In this document: positions 1 through 8,661 of the stretch, in pieces
Layout: each line of letters begins with the position of its first letter
How positions within the stretch are numbered: position 1 is the stretch's first letter
From: Deltaproteobacteria bacterium
Lineage (GTDB): Bacteria > Myxococcota_A > Polyangia > Polyangiales > Houyiibacteriaceae
DNA: 64,000 nucleotides
Assembly (NCBI GenBank): GCA_034670305.1
Contig: JAXMNT010000004.1
Location: 32,001-96,000, forward strand
Direction of reading: 5' to 3'
Made by a program: the position numbers and the translations under genes
Notes under the pieces: generated by a model
The model's database searches: none
Told to the model about the DNA's origin: nothing
The model's input: only the letters and a program-made list of their open reading frames with translations

Positions 1-1
1 C

Positions 2-349
2 TGGGAGCAGGTTCTCATCACGGTGGAAACCGCGGGTTCGAAGATGGACATCTTCCCATCGCTCCACACCGCCTACCCGATCTTCTACGCCCTCCACGCG
101 TTCGGCTGGCGCAAGACCAAACCGTTCACCTGGGCGTGGCCCATCATCACCTTCTTCGCGATCAACATGATGATCGCCACGATGTTCCTGCGCTGGCACT
201 GGGGCATCGACATCGTCGCGGGCCTCCTGCTCGCCGTCATCGCCCGCCTCGTCGCCCTGACCACCAGCCGCCTCGAACACGGTCGCGGTCGGAGCGACGA
301 AGACGACCGCCAACCGGTCTGGGAACCGATCACGCCGCCCGTCGACTGA
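2..349 (+). CDS. PAP2-superfamily membrane phosphatase/phosphotransferase (AUR1/IPC-synthase-like), 5' truncated by the window edge
   Basis: Frame is open from base 2. FPSLH and HWGIDIVAG motifs are separated by TM helices. Confidence 0.7.
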   Translation, partial: WEQVLITVETAGSKMDIFPSLHTAYPIFYALHAFGWRKTKPFTWAWPIITFFAINMMIATMFLRWHWGIDIVAGLLLAVIARLVALTTSRLEHGRGRSDEDDRQPVWEPITPPVD

Positions 350-421
350 CTTCTCTCAGGGCGTCTGCATGTTCTCCAGCTGGCTCTGCGCGTGCAGCTG
401 CCGAGGTCGAACAACGAGGCC

Positions 422-1912
422 CTATTCGGCGACCCAACCGAGGGCAACGCATTGGGCGAGCGCGCGGGGCACTCGGGCGCGCCAGGCGGCTTCGTTGTGG
501 GGGGCGCCGGGCTCGTGCCAGTGCGAGAGATCGGTGCCGAACTCGTACCCGAGATCGGACAGCCGGTCGCGCAGTTGGTTGGTGACGCAGAAGTTGTCCG
601 AGTCGTCGGAGTCCTCCTGCACGCCGTCCCCATCGCCGTCCGAACACGTTCCGTTGCCGCCGCTGTCCAGGTAGATCGAGACCGGCCCACGGCTCGTCCA
701 GCGCCGCACGAGCGCCTGCGTGCCGTCGCCCGCGAAGGCGCCCCACCCGAGCGTCGACGACATCGCACCGACGCACCCGAGCGTGGGACGCGTCAGCGCA
801 TGGTAGAGCGTGACCAATCCACCGAGGGACGAGCCCATCACCATCAGCGAGTCGCCGGTGGCCCGCACGGCGTAGCGGGTCCGGACGAAGGGCAGCGCCA
901 CGTCTTCGAGGAGGTCGAGGTACGCGTCCGCGTCGCCGCCGATCGGTCCGCCGCCGATCGAATCGGGCACGTGGGTGTAGGTGTCGAAGCGGTCCGGCGC
1001 GTTGTCGATCGCGACCGCCAGAACATCCGCGAGTTCACCCGTGAGCGCGTCTTCGACCGCCCATCCACCGAAGATGGCGTCGGGCCCGAACACGTTCTGA
1101 CCGTCGTGCAGCAGCAGCGTCCGAGCCACGCCGCCGGCAAAGTCCGCGGGTACGCGGACCCGCATGGTGCGGGGATCCACGCCTGCCGCGCTCAGGTTCG
1201 GGAACCGCTCAAAGTACGAACGGCCGGTGGGCGGTCGGATGTACCCGTGCTCCCCGAACTCGTCGTAGTCGTACGCGGTCGACTCCGGCGGCGCGCGAAA
1301 GACGTCGCCCGTGGTCGCGTGCCACTTGTACTTCGCGCCGGTGGCTTCGACGTCCGTCAGCGTCCAGAGGACGAGGTAGTGCACGCCGGTCGCCAGCGTC
1401 TCGGCCGGGTTGTCTCCCGGCGTGAAGGCGTTCGGATCCGCGACGAGACTCACCGAGCCGGACGCAGCGTCCCAGCGGGTGAGAAAGAGGAACCGGTCGC
1501 CATCCCGCAAGGGCCACCCTTCGGCCCACGCAACGTCTTGCAGAATGGCGTCGGCGGCTTCGCTGGTGAGGTCGCCGCTTCGCAACATCGCGAGCAACGA
1601 GTCGAGCCGGCTCGCCACGGCCGCATCCGTGCCCGTGTCCACGCCCGGCGCGTCCATGCCCGGCGCGTCCACGCCCGGCGCGTCCATGCCCGGCGCGTCC
1701 ATGCCCGGCGCGTCCACGCCCGGCGCGTCCATGCCTGGCGCGTCCACGCCCGGCGCGTCCATGCCCGGCGCGTCCACGCCCGGCGCGTCCATGCCTGGCG
1801 CGTCTACGCCGGTGCGGGCATCCACGCGACCCGCGTCCACGCCACCCATGTCGTCGTCGCCACAGCCAACCGCCGCGCACAACATCAAGAGCATCAGACA
1901 GCGTCGGATCAT
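422..1912 (-). CDS. Lipoprotein alpha/beta-hydrolase (esterase family) with (M/V)DAPG repeat linker
   Basis: Lipobox-like AVGC, LLLHDGQN, GSSLGG nucleophile elbow, YLDSG and HNEAAW catalytic His. Confidence 0.85.
   Translation of the reverse strand: MIRRCLMLLMLCAAVGCGDDDMGGVDAGRVDARTGVDAPGMDAPGVDAPGMDAPGVDAPGMDAPGVDAPGMDAPGMDAPGVDAPGMDAPGVDTGTDAAVASRLDSLLAMLRSGDLTSEAADAILQDVAWAEGWPLRDGDRFLFLTRWDAASGSVSLVADPNAFTPGDNPAETLATGVHYLVLWTLTDVEATGAKYKWHATTGDVFRAPPESTAYDYDEFGEHGYIRPPTGRSYFERFPNLSAAGVDPRTMRVRVPADFAGGVARTLLLHDGQNVFGPDAIFGGWAVEDALTGELADVLAVAIDNAPDRFDTYTHVPDSIGGGPIGGDADAYLDLLEDVALPFVRTRYAVRATGDSLMVMGSSLGGLVTLYHALTRPTLGCVGAMSSTLGWGAFAGDGTQALVRRWTSRGPVSIYLDSGGNGTCSDGDGDGVQEDSDDSDNFCVTNQLRDRLSDLGYEFGTDLSHWHEPGAPHNEAAWRARVPRALAQCVALGWVAE
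1636..1809. repeat. 15-bp tandem repeat (about 11 copies) encoding (M/V)DAPG
   Basis: gtcca(c/t)gcccggcgc units are directly visible. Confidence 0.95.
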
Positions 1913-1933
1913 GGGTTCACCTGGGTGGAGGGT

Positions 1934-2755
1934 TCACGGGTTCACCCGTGGGTTCGGCGGATCGTACGTCGGCAGGGCCGCCGGCATCGGTGTATCCAGC
2001 GCATCCGAGGGCCGCAAGCCGGCCAGATCCCCGACCACCCAGCCGTCTTCGTCCGTGAACACCGCTTCTCTGCCGTACACCGTGTACACGCGGACGGTCT
2101 GACCCAGTGTTTCGTCGTAGCGGTCGGGCTGCCGCACGAGCGCGACCTCTTCGACCGCCTCGAGCAACTCGCGGAAGTCGAGCACCGGCCCCCGGACGAC
2201 GTCCCCGACTTCCATCTCCCCTTGGGCCTGGATCCACGCGGACACCAACCCGCGCCCGGGCCCGAGCACCGCGATCGGCGCCTCGGCGCGAAAGAACCGA
2301 TGTTGCCGGACCCCCTCGTGATCGACCATCGTCAGCGTCACCGGGTCGTTGCGAAGTTCATAGAGCCGGGTGTCGGGCCGACCGTCGGGCGGCACACCTG
2401 GGATGGTCATGCGCTTCCATGCGCGAAGCGGCCGCCACTCGGCGTCGAACACGACTTCGACGTCGGAGGTCTGACGGATCCATTCTTGGTGCACGGTCGC
2501 CACGTAGACGCAGTCCCGCCGCTCGATCCGGTAGTGCTCCACCACCGTCCGATCGCCCGCTGTCGTCGGACCCGGCCGAAGTACCCGATCGACGAGCACC
2601 TCCCCCGACTCGGGGATCTCACGCCCGTCGCAGGTCGGATACGGATGCACGTCGACGGCGTCGATGGGCGCCCGCTTGAGGCACCCCTCGCACCCCGCGA
2701 GGCATCCGGTGATCAGCAGAACGAAGAGGAGGATCGAATGCGACGGAGCCGCCAT
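1934..2755 (-). CDS. Hypothetical exported/lipoprotein
   Basis: ATG at 2755, 16 bp after the ctaF stop. Hydrophobic signal ending LAGC; GC3-rich codons. Confidence 0.7.
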   Translation of the reverse strand: MAAPSHSILLFVLLITGCLAGCEGCLKRAPIDAVDVHPYPTCDGREIPESGEVLVDRVLRPGPTTAGDRTVVEHYRIERRDCVYVATVHQEWIRQTSDVEVVFDAEWRPLRAWKRMTIPGVPPDGRPDTRLYELRNDPVTLTMVDHEGVRQHRFFRAEAPIAVLGPGRGLVSAWIQAQGEMEVGDVVRGPVLDFRELLEAVEEVALVRQPDRYDETLGQTVRVYTVYGREAVFTDEDGWVVGDLAGLRPSDALDTPMPAALPTYDPPNPRVNP

Positions 2756-2771
2756 CGAGGTCCTCCGCACG

Positions 2772-3428
2772 CTACTCGTGGTCGCCCTCGGGCGCGTCGC
2801 CATCGTCGTGGTCGTCGCCATCTTCGTGCGCTTCGTGTTCGTCGCCATCCACGTGACCCTCGTGGTCTTCGTGTTCGTCGCCGTCCACATGACCCTCGTG
2901 GTCTTCGTGTTCGTCGCCGTCCGCGTGACCCTCGTGCGCGTCGCCTTCGTCGGCTTCGTGATCGTCGCCGTGAGCGTCCGTTGGCAACGCCGAGAACTCG
3001 CCGTCTTCCATGAGGAGAATGCTGGTCCCGCGCGCGCGCTCCCCAGTCATCGGATCGACGCGGCGACCGGTGATCGAGCCCTGTCGGCCGCGGTGGGCGA
3101 TGTCGTTCAGGGTGTATCCAAGGAAGATGGTCATGAACACGAACGAGCCGAGGAAGATCAGGATGTTGAACTTCTTCTCGTACTTGAGGTGCATGAACCA
3201 AGCCATGACCAGGCTCGACTTAACCGCGGCGATCGCGACGGCGACGAAGAGGTTCCACTCTCCGAGTCGGACCCGATACGCCGCAACGGTCAAACCCGTC
3301 AGCAGGATCAGGATCCCGAGAATGCCGGCGTAGACCTTGGTCGGCGTGATGTGCGCGTGAACGAGGTAACCCTCGCCGTGCTCGCCGTGTTCGCCATGGG
3401 CGTCTGCGTGTGCGTCTGCGTGTGCCAT
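2772..3428 (-). CDS. ctaF: Cytochrome c oxidase subunit IV (caa3 type) with His/Asp-rich termini
   Basis: IAAVKSSLVMAWFMHLKYE motif, three TM helices, operon position. Confidence 0.9.
   Translation of the reverse strand: MAHADAHADAHGEHGEHGEGYLVHAHITPTKVYAGILGILILLTGLTVAAYRVRLGEWNLFVAVAIAAVKSSLVMAWFMHLKYEKKFNILIFLGSFVFMTIFLGYTLNDIAHRGRQGSITGRRVDPMTGERARGTSILLMEDGEFSALPTDAHGDDHEADEGDAHEGHADGDEHEDHEGHVDGDEHEDHEGHVDGDEHEAHEDGDDHDDGDAPEGDHE
2836..2935. repeat. 33-bp tandem repeat (about 3 copies) encoding HVDGDEHEDHEG-like units
   Basis: gtgttcgtcgcc.tccac.tgaccctcgtggtcttc units. Confidence 0.85.
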
Positions 3429-3429
3429 G

Positions 3430-4167
3430 TCAGTCGATCAGGTAGAGGAGCGGGAAGAGGAAGATCCAGATGAGGTCGACCAAGTGCCAGTACAGCGCGA
3501 AGATGTCGACGGGCGTGTTGTACTCCGGGCTGAAGTCGCCCCGGTTGTTCTTGCGCCAGATCCAGATGATGAGACCCATGCCGATGAGCACGTGCAAGCC
3601 GTGCAGACCGGTCATGATGAAGTAGATGCCGAAGAAAGAACGCAGGTGGTACGGGACCATGCCCGCGCCCGCGTTGTGGTGGGCCGCATCGATCGCGGCC
3701 CCGACCTCTTCCACGAAGTGGTGGCCGGGCGGAACCGAGCAGTCGAAGCCCGGACACCCGAAGTACTGACCCGGCAGGATGCCGACGTGGATCTTGTGGG
3801 TGTACTCGAAGTACTTCACCACCATGAATCCACCGGCGCACAAGAACGTGATGATGAGCAGATGGCCCGTCCACTTCTTGTCGCCGAGCTGGGCTCGCTG
3901 CACCGCCATCGCGGCCGTGAAGCTCGAGACCAGGAGCACGACGGTGTTGATGCCGCCCATGCGCCAGTCGAGCAGATGGGAGCCCACCGAGAACGCTTCC
4001 GGGTACCAGGTTCGGTAGATGCCGTAGGCGACGAAGAGCCCGCTGAAGAACAGAATCTCCTGCGCGAGGAACGCCCACATGCCGAGCTTGGCCGTGTCGA
4101 ACTGCTGCTGCGGCGTCTCGAAGTGGTGGGCCAGGTACGCCGGCCCATGGTGTTCATGTACGGACAC
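3430..4167 (-). CDS. ctaE: Cytochrome c oxidase subunit III
   Basis: GMWAFLAQEILFF, TGLHGLHV and YWHLVDLIWIFLFPLLY motifs. Confidence 0.95.
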   Translation of the reverse strand: MSVHEHHGPAYLAHHFETPQQQFDTAKLGMWAFLAQEILFFSGLFVAYGIYRTWYPEAFSVGSHLLDWRMGGINTVVLLVSSFTAAMAVQRAQLGDKKWTGHLLIITFLCAGGFMVVKYFEYTHKIHVGILPGQYFGCPGFDCSVPPGHHFVEEVGAAIDAAHHNAGAGMVPYHLRSFFGIYFIMTGLHGLHVLIGMGLIIWIWRKNNRGDFSPEYNTPVDIFALYWHLVDLIWIFLFPLLYLID

Positions 4168-4170
4168 GAT

Positions 4171-5898
4171 TCAGGCCTTCTTCTTCTTCTTCTTCGTGGA
4201 CGTCTTGGACGCTTCGAAGTCCTCGTGGAAGCCCTCGAAGAGTTCGAGCTCGGTGCAGAGGTCGTAGTCGTACGGCCCCCGGATCATCACCGGCGTCTCG
4301 GCAAAGTTGTGCGGATGCGGCGGCGTGGTGGTCATCCACTCGTAGCCGGCGGAACCCCACGGGTTGGGCGGCGCCTTCTCTCCGCTCTTCCAGGAGCGCA
4401 AGAAGTTGATGCCCATGATGATGAACCCGACGCCGAGGATGTAGGCGCCGCCGGAGCTCGCCATGTGCATCGGCTGGAACTGGTCCAAGTAGTCGTAGTA
4501 GCGGCGGGGCATGCCCTGGCTGCCCATGATGAACTGGCTCATGAACGTGACGTTGAAGCCGACGAAGACGAACCAGAAGGCCACGTTGGCCCAGCGCTCG
4601 TTGTACATCTTGCCGAGCATCTTCGGCCACCAGTAGTGGATGCCGCCGAGGAAGCCGAACACCGTGCCGCCGACCATCACGTAGTGGAAGTGGGCGACGA
4701 CGAAGTAGGTGTCGTGCAGGTGGATGTCGACCGAGAGGATGCCGAGGAAGAGCCCGGTCAATCCGCCGATGGTGAAGAGCGCGATGAACGCGAGCGCGTA
4801 CTTCATCGGTGACGCGAAGGAGATGCTGCCTTCGTAAAGGGTCGCGACCCAGTTGAAGATCTTCACGCCCGAGGGAATCGCGACCAGGAAGGTCAGCGCG
4901 CTGAAGACCATCGTCGAGTACTCGCTCATGCCCGAGGTGAACATGTGGTGGCCCCAGACGAGGAACCCGAGCAACGCCAGCGAGACCGAGCTCATGGCGA
5001 CGAACATGTAGCCGAAAATCTTTCGGTGGCTGAACGTGGCGATGAGTTCGTTCACGACCGCCATGCCCGGCAGAATCATGATGTAGACGGCGGGGTGGCT
5101 GTAGAACCAGAAGAAGTGCTGGAAGAGCACCGGGTCGCCGCCGAGCTGCGGGTCGAAGATGCCGATCGACAGCGTCTTCTCCATCATCAGGAGGAAGAGC
5201 GTGATGGCGAGCACCGGCGTCGCGAGCACCTGGATGACGCTGGTCGCGTAGATGCCCCAGATGAAGAGCGACAGGCGCTTCCAGTGCAGGCCGGGGGCGC
5301 GCATCTTGTGGACCGTCGCGATGAAGTTCACGCCGGTGAGGATCGAGCTGAACCCGAGGACGAAGACGCCGAGCGTCATCCAGACGACCGACACATCCGC
5401 GCCGGTGACGTTCCGTCCGACGCTGTACGGGGTGTAGAACGTCCAGCCGGTGTCGATGTTGCCGACGATGATGGCGATGAGCGTGAAGATGGTGCCGAGC
5501 ACGTAGATGTAGAACGACCCGAGGTTGAGCTTCGGGAACGCCACGTCTTTCGTGCCGAGCATGATCGGCAAGAAGAAGTTGCCGAGCGCCGCGGGAATCG
5601 ACGGGATGATGAAGAGGAACACCATGATGGCGCCGTGGAGCGTGAACACCTGGTTGTAGGTGTCGGCCTCCATCAGCGTCTCGCCCGGGAACATGAGCTC
5701 CGTACGGACGAGCAGCGCCATCACGCCGCCCAAGATGAACGCGGTGATGACGGACCACAGGTACATCAGACCGATGCGCTTGTGGTCGATGGTGAAGGCC
5801 CAGGACTTCCAGCCCGTCTCGTGGGTCAGGTAGTTGGGAACGCCGTCGTGGGCGTCGTGGTGGCCCCCCGAAGGGGCAGCGGCTGCGTCTACGGTCAT
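4171..5898 (-). CDS. ctaD: Cytochrome c oxidase subunit I, type A2
   Basis: DHKRIG, YSHPAVY (A2 YS motif), [17 protein letters not shown] and MPRRY. Start moved to ATG 5898. Confidence 0.97.
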   Translation of the reverse strand: MTVDAAAAPSGGHHDAHDGVPNYLTHETGWKSWAFTIDHKRIGLMYLWSVITAFILGGVMALLVRTELMFPGETLMEADTYNQVFTLHGAIMVFLFIIPSIPAALGNFFLPIMLGTKDVAFPKLNLGSFYIYVLGTIFTLIAIIVGNIDTGWTFYTPYSVGRNVTGADVSVVWMTLGVFVLGFSSILTGVNFIATVHKMRAPGLHWKRLSLFIWGIYATSVIQVLATPVLAITLFLLMMEKTLSIGIFDPQLGGDPVLFQHFFWFYSHPAVYIMILPGMAVVNELIATFSHRKIFGYMFVAMSSVSLALLGFLVWGHHMFTSGMSEYSTMVFSALTFLVAIPSGVKIFNWVATLYEGSISFASPMKYALAFIALFTIGGLTGLFLGILSVDIHLHDTYFVVAHFHYVMVGGTVFGFLGGIHYWWPKMLGKMYNERWANVAFWFVFVGFNVTFMSQFIMGSQGMPRRYYDYLDQFQPMHMASSGGAYILGVGFIIMGINFLRSWKSGEKAPPNPWGSAGYEWMTTTPPHPHNFAETPVMIRGPYDYDLCTELELFEGFHEDFEASKTSTKKKKKKA

Positions 5899-5909
5899 GG
5901 TCTTGTCGC

Positions 5910-7118
5910 TCAGTTCAACGAACGGATGTAAGCGGTGATGGCTGCGATTTGCTTGTCCGAAAGGCGGAACGGCTGCATCGCGGCCTGGGTGTACCCCTGA
6001 ACGATCCGTGCCTGCGGCTCGCGGATGGATTCGGTGATGTAGGCCGCGTCGGCGGTGACGCCTGCGACGCCGGCCTCGAACGTCCGGTCGCGACCCCACA
6101 GCCCCTTCCAGGTCGGCGCCGTTCCGTCGGCACCGTCGGTGGAGTGGCAGGAAGGACAGCCCTGCTGGGTGGCGAGCACCTGGCCCCAACAGGTCAGGCA
6201 CTCCTCGCTGTCACACGAGGGGTCGTCGGCAGGAATGCACGACGCGGGCGGCGGGGGCCCGAGCGCCAGGAAGCTGTCGTAGCCCTCCTGCGTGATGACG
6301 CGCAGGTCCGCGAGCATCGTCGAGTGGTTCGAGTTGCGGCCGAGACCGCGCGGGTCGTTGAACGCGCCGCTCGTGTTCGGGTTGTCGTGCATCGCGCCGC
6401 AGTACTCGGCACAGAACACCGGGTACGCGCAGATGCGCTCGTCGTCGTTGATCCGGCCGCCGCAGAAGCTGGCGTTGCCGAGGGCAGGCACGCAGTCCGC
6501 GTCGCTCTCACAGGTCGGGATGCACGAGCCCCAATAACAAGTCTCGCCGTCGTCGCAGGGGGTGCTGTCGTCGCACGTCTGAGGACCCGTCAGGTGCGTC
6601 GCCTCGAACCAGAGCGAGGTGTACATGCCGGGCACGATGTCGCGCTTGACCCGGAAGACCGGGACGAAGAACGCATGGAGGACATCGGCGCTCGACATGA
6701 TGAGTTCGACCGGCTGGTTCACCGGCACCTTGAGTTCGTTCGGCACGTCGATGACGCCGCCAGGATGTTCGAACTCCCAGAGCCACTGCTGGGCCTTCAC
6801 GCGGATCTCGATCGAGTCCTCCGGCGCGTAGACGCCCGCGATGTATCCCTGGAAGCCAGCGTGGAAGAGCCAGCCGAGCAGGATCAGCGGGGTGAACGTC
6901 CAGAAGATCTCGAGCGCATCGCTGTGCCCAGTGGGCTTGGCTTTGCGACCGGGACGCCGGCGGTACTTGTACATGAACCACAACATCGCCGCGTAGATCG
7001 CGACGGTGAACGCCACACTGATCCAGTAGATGTCGTAGTACATGGCGTCCACCTCGGGGGCGATGGTGGACATTTGGGGAGGGAGCTGGAGCGTCCCCTC
7101 GGGCGGCTGATACGTCAT
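5910..7118 (-). CDS. ctaC: Cytochrome c oxidase subunit II with fused cytochrome c (caa3 type) and unusual Cys-rich insertions
   Basis: LEIFWT, QWLWEF, DVLHAF, CAEYCG...HSTM and C-terminal CPSCH heme motif. Confidence 0.93.
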   Translation of the reverse strand: MTYQPPEGTLQLPPQMSTIAPEVDAMYYDIYWISVAFTVAIYAAMLWFMYKYRRRPGRKAKPTGHSDALEIFWTFTPLILLGWLFHAGFQGYIAGVYAPEDSIEIRVKAQQWLWEFEHPGGVIDVPNELKVPVNQPVELIMSSADVLHAFFVPVFRVKRDIVPGMYTSLWFEATHLTGPQTCDDSTPCDDGETCYWGSCIPTCESDADCVPALGNASFCGGRINDDERICAYPVFCAEYCGAMHDNPNTSGAFNDPRGLGRNSNHSTMLADLRVITQEGYDSFLALGPPPPASCIPADDPSCDSEECLTCWGQVLATQQGCPSCHSTDGADGTAPTWKGLWGRDRTFEAGVAGVTADAAYITESIREPQARIVQGYTQAAMQPFRLSDKQIAAITAYIRSLN

Positions 7119-8050
7119 GATGATTGGACCTGTGGTGCACGTCCCGCCAGAGGCTCGGGACGGTCGGAGGTTCGGTCAGAGTCCCCGGTGGGCGGGATGG
7201 CGCGGATGCCCCCGCGACGGCGTTCGCGCCGCCACAACGTGAAGAGGAAAGCGAAGAGCAAGAGTGCGGTCAGACCGCCCCCAATTTTCATGACGTTCCA
7301 CGCAACCAGCACGTACTCGCTCTGGTTGGGGTCGTACACGTAGCAGAACAAGAGCAGCCGGTTGACCGTGCCGATCGAGCGACCTTCCATCGCCTCGAGA
7401 AGCGCGAAACGGGCGTCGTTGGGAGGGAACCGGAGGCCGTAGAGGTAGCGCGCGAACTTGCCGTTCGGCGTGAGGAACATCGAAGCCGCGGCATGCGCGT
7501 ACTGCTCCTGGCGCGGGTTGTAGAAGAACCCGAACCCCGCCGCATCGGTGGCTGCTTCGATCGCTTCTTCGGTGCCGACCAGGAAGTCCCAGTCGCCATC
7601 GGCGTGACCGTACTTGCCGAGCATCTCGGTGCGCTTGGCGCTGGCGCTCGCCGGCGTGTCGCGGGGGTCGATGCTGATGGTCAACATCTGGTAGTCGACG
7701 CCCATGCGGAGGTTCATCTCGTCCGCGAGCTGCTTGGCGGTCTGGCTGGCAGCATCGAGCACCAGGCTGCACATCGACGGACACGAGTGGTAGGCGAAGG
7801 TGAGCATCACCGGACGCACACCATCGAAGTAGTCGCGCAGGTGGACCTGCTTGCCCTCGTGGTCCGTGAACTCGAGGTCGAGCGGGAGTGGTTCGTCGAG
7901 GTGCTCCTCGACGTCGAGCGCTGCGAGCCCGGGAACCTCAGAAGCCGGTTGTCCCGTCGCGCCCAGAATGCGGTGCTGTGCGAACGCCTCGGTTCCGAAC
8001 GGAACGAGGATCGCGCAGACCAGCAATCGGGTGGCGAGGGAACGGTTCAC
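7115..8050 (-). CDS. SCO-family copper chaperone
   Basis: CPSMC (CxxxC), ISIDP, conserved His (YAH), C-terminal TM helix; 4-nt overlaps with both neighbours. Confidence 0.92.
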   Translation of the reverse strand: MNRSLATRLLVCAILVPFGTEAFAQHRILGATGQPASEVPGLAALDVEEHLDEPLPLDLEFTDHEGKQVHLRDYFDGVRPVMLTFAYHSCPSMCSLVLDAASQTAKQLADEMNLRMGVDYQMLTISIDPRDTPASASAKRTEMLGKYGHADGDWDFLVGTEEAIEAATDAAGFGFFYNPRQEQYAHAAASMFLTPNGKFARYLYGLRFPPNDARFALLEAMEGRSIGTVNRLLLFCYVYDPNQSEYVLVAWNVMKIGGGLTALLLFAFLFTLWRRERRRGGIRAIPPTGDSDRTSDRPEPLAGRAPQVQSS

Positions 8051-8661
8051 TGGGGCGGCAGTCCTGGGCGACGGGGCCGGAAAGGAAGCGGTCGGCGCAC
8101 GGCCGGCACGGCGGTGGCTTCGCTGGCTTCGAGCACCCGGGCAGCAGCGGCTTCACGGGCAGCGGCCGCGGCAGCTTCTTCCGCTGCACGGCGTGCGCGC
8201 AGCGCGTCCTCGGCGTGCTGGCGCCGGTCTTCGTCCTCCATCTGGGCCCAGCCTTGCACTGCGCCCAGCCCGTTGACCGCATCTTCGACGCTGGTCTCGA
8301 GGCCATCGTTGCGCTGCGGGCGCACCGCGGGATGGTTGCGACCGCGCGTGGCGAGCTGCTCCATGGCGGCGGTGATGGAGATGGGGTTGTCGGCGAGCGC
8401 TTGGCGTTTGCTGGCGAACTCGATGTTGCGGGCTTCCAGGTAGTCCGGGGTGCCGTCGCCGTCTTCGTCGCGCAGCTGAACCTTCTCGTCGATCTCACCG
8501 TCCGTCATCGAGTTGAAGTACGAGTGGAAGAACGGGATGAAGAAGATCAGCAGACCGATGCTGCCGATCGCCGACACCAAGATGATCTTGTTGGCGGGCT
8601 CGGTGTCCTCGAACCCATGCGGGCTCTTGGTGGGGTCGTGTCCTGCGTCGGAGTGGGCCAT
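8047..8661 (-). CDS. Single-TM protein in the ActG position
   Basis: ATG at 8661 overlaps the actF stop. One TM helix, DEDGDGTPDY motif. Confidence 0.75.
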   Translation of the reverse strand: MAHSDAGHDPTKSPHGFEDTEPANKIILVSAIGSIGLLIFFIPFFHSYFNSMTDGEIDEKVQLRDEDGDGTPDYLEARNIEFASKRQALADNPISITAAMEQLATRGRNHPAVRPQRNDGLETSVEDAVNGLGAVQGWAQMEDEDRRQHAEDALRARRAAEEAAAAAAREAAAARVLEASEATAVPAVRRPLPFRPRRPGLPPQ

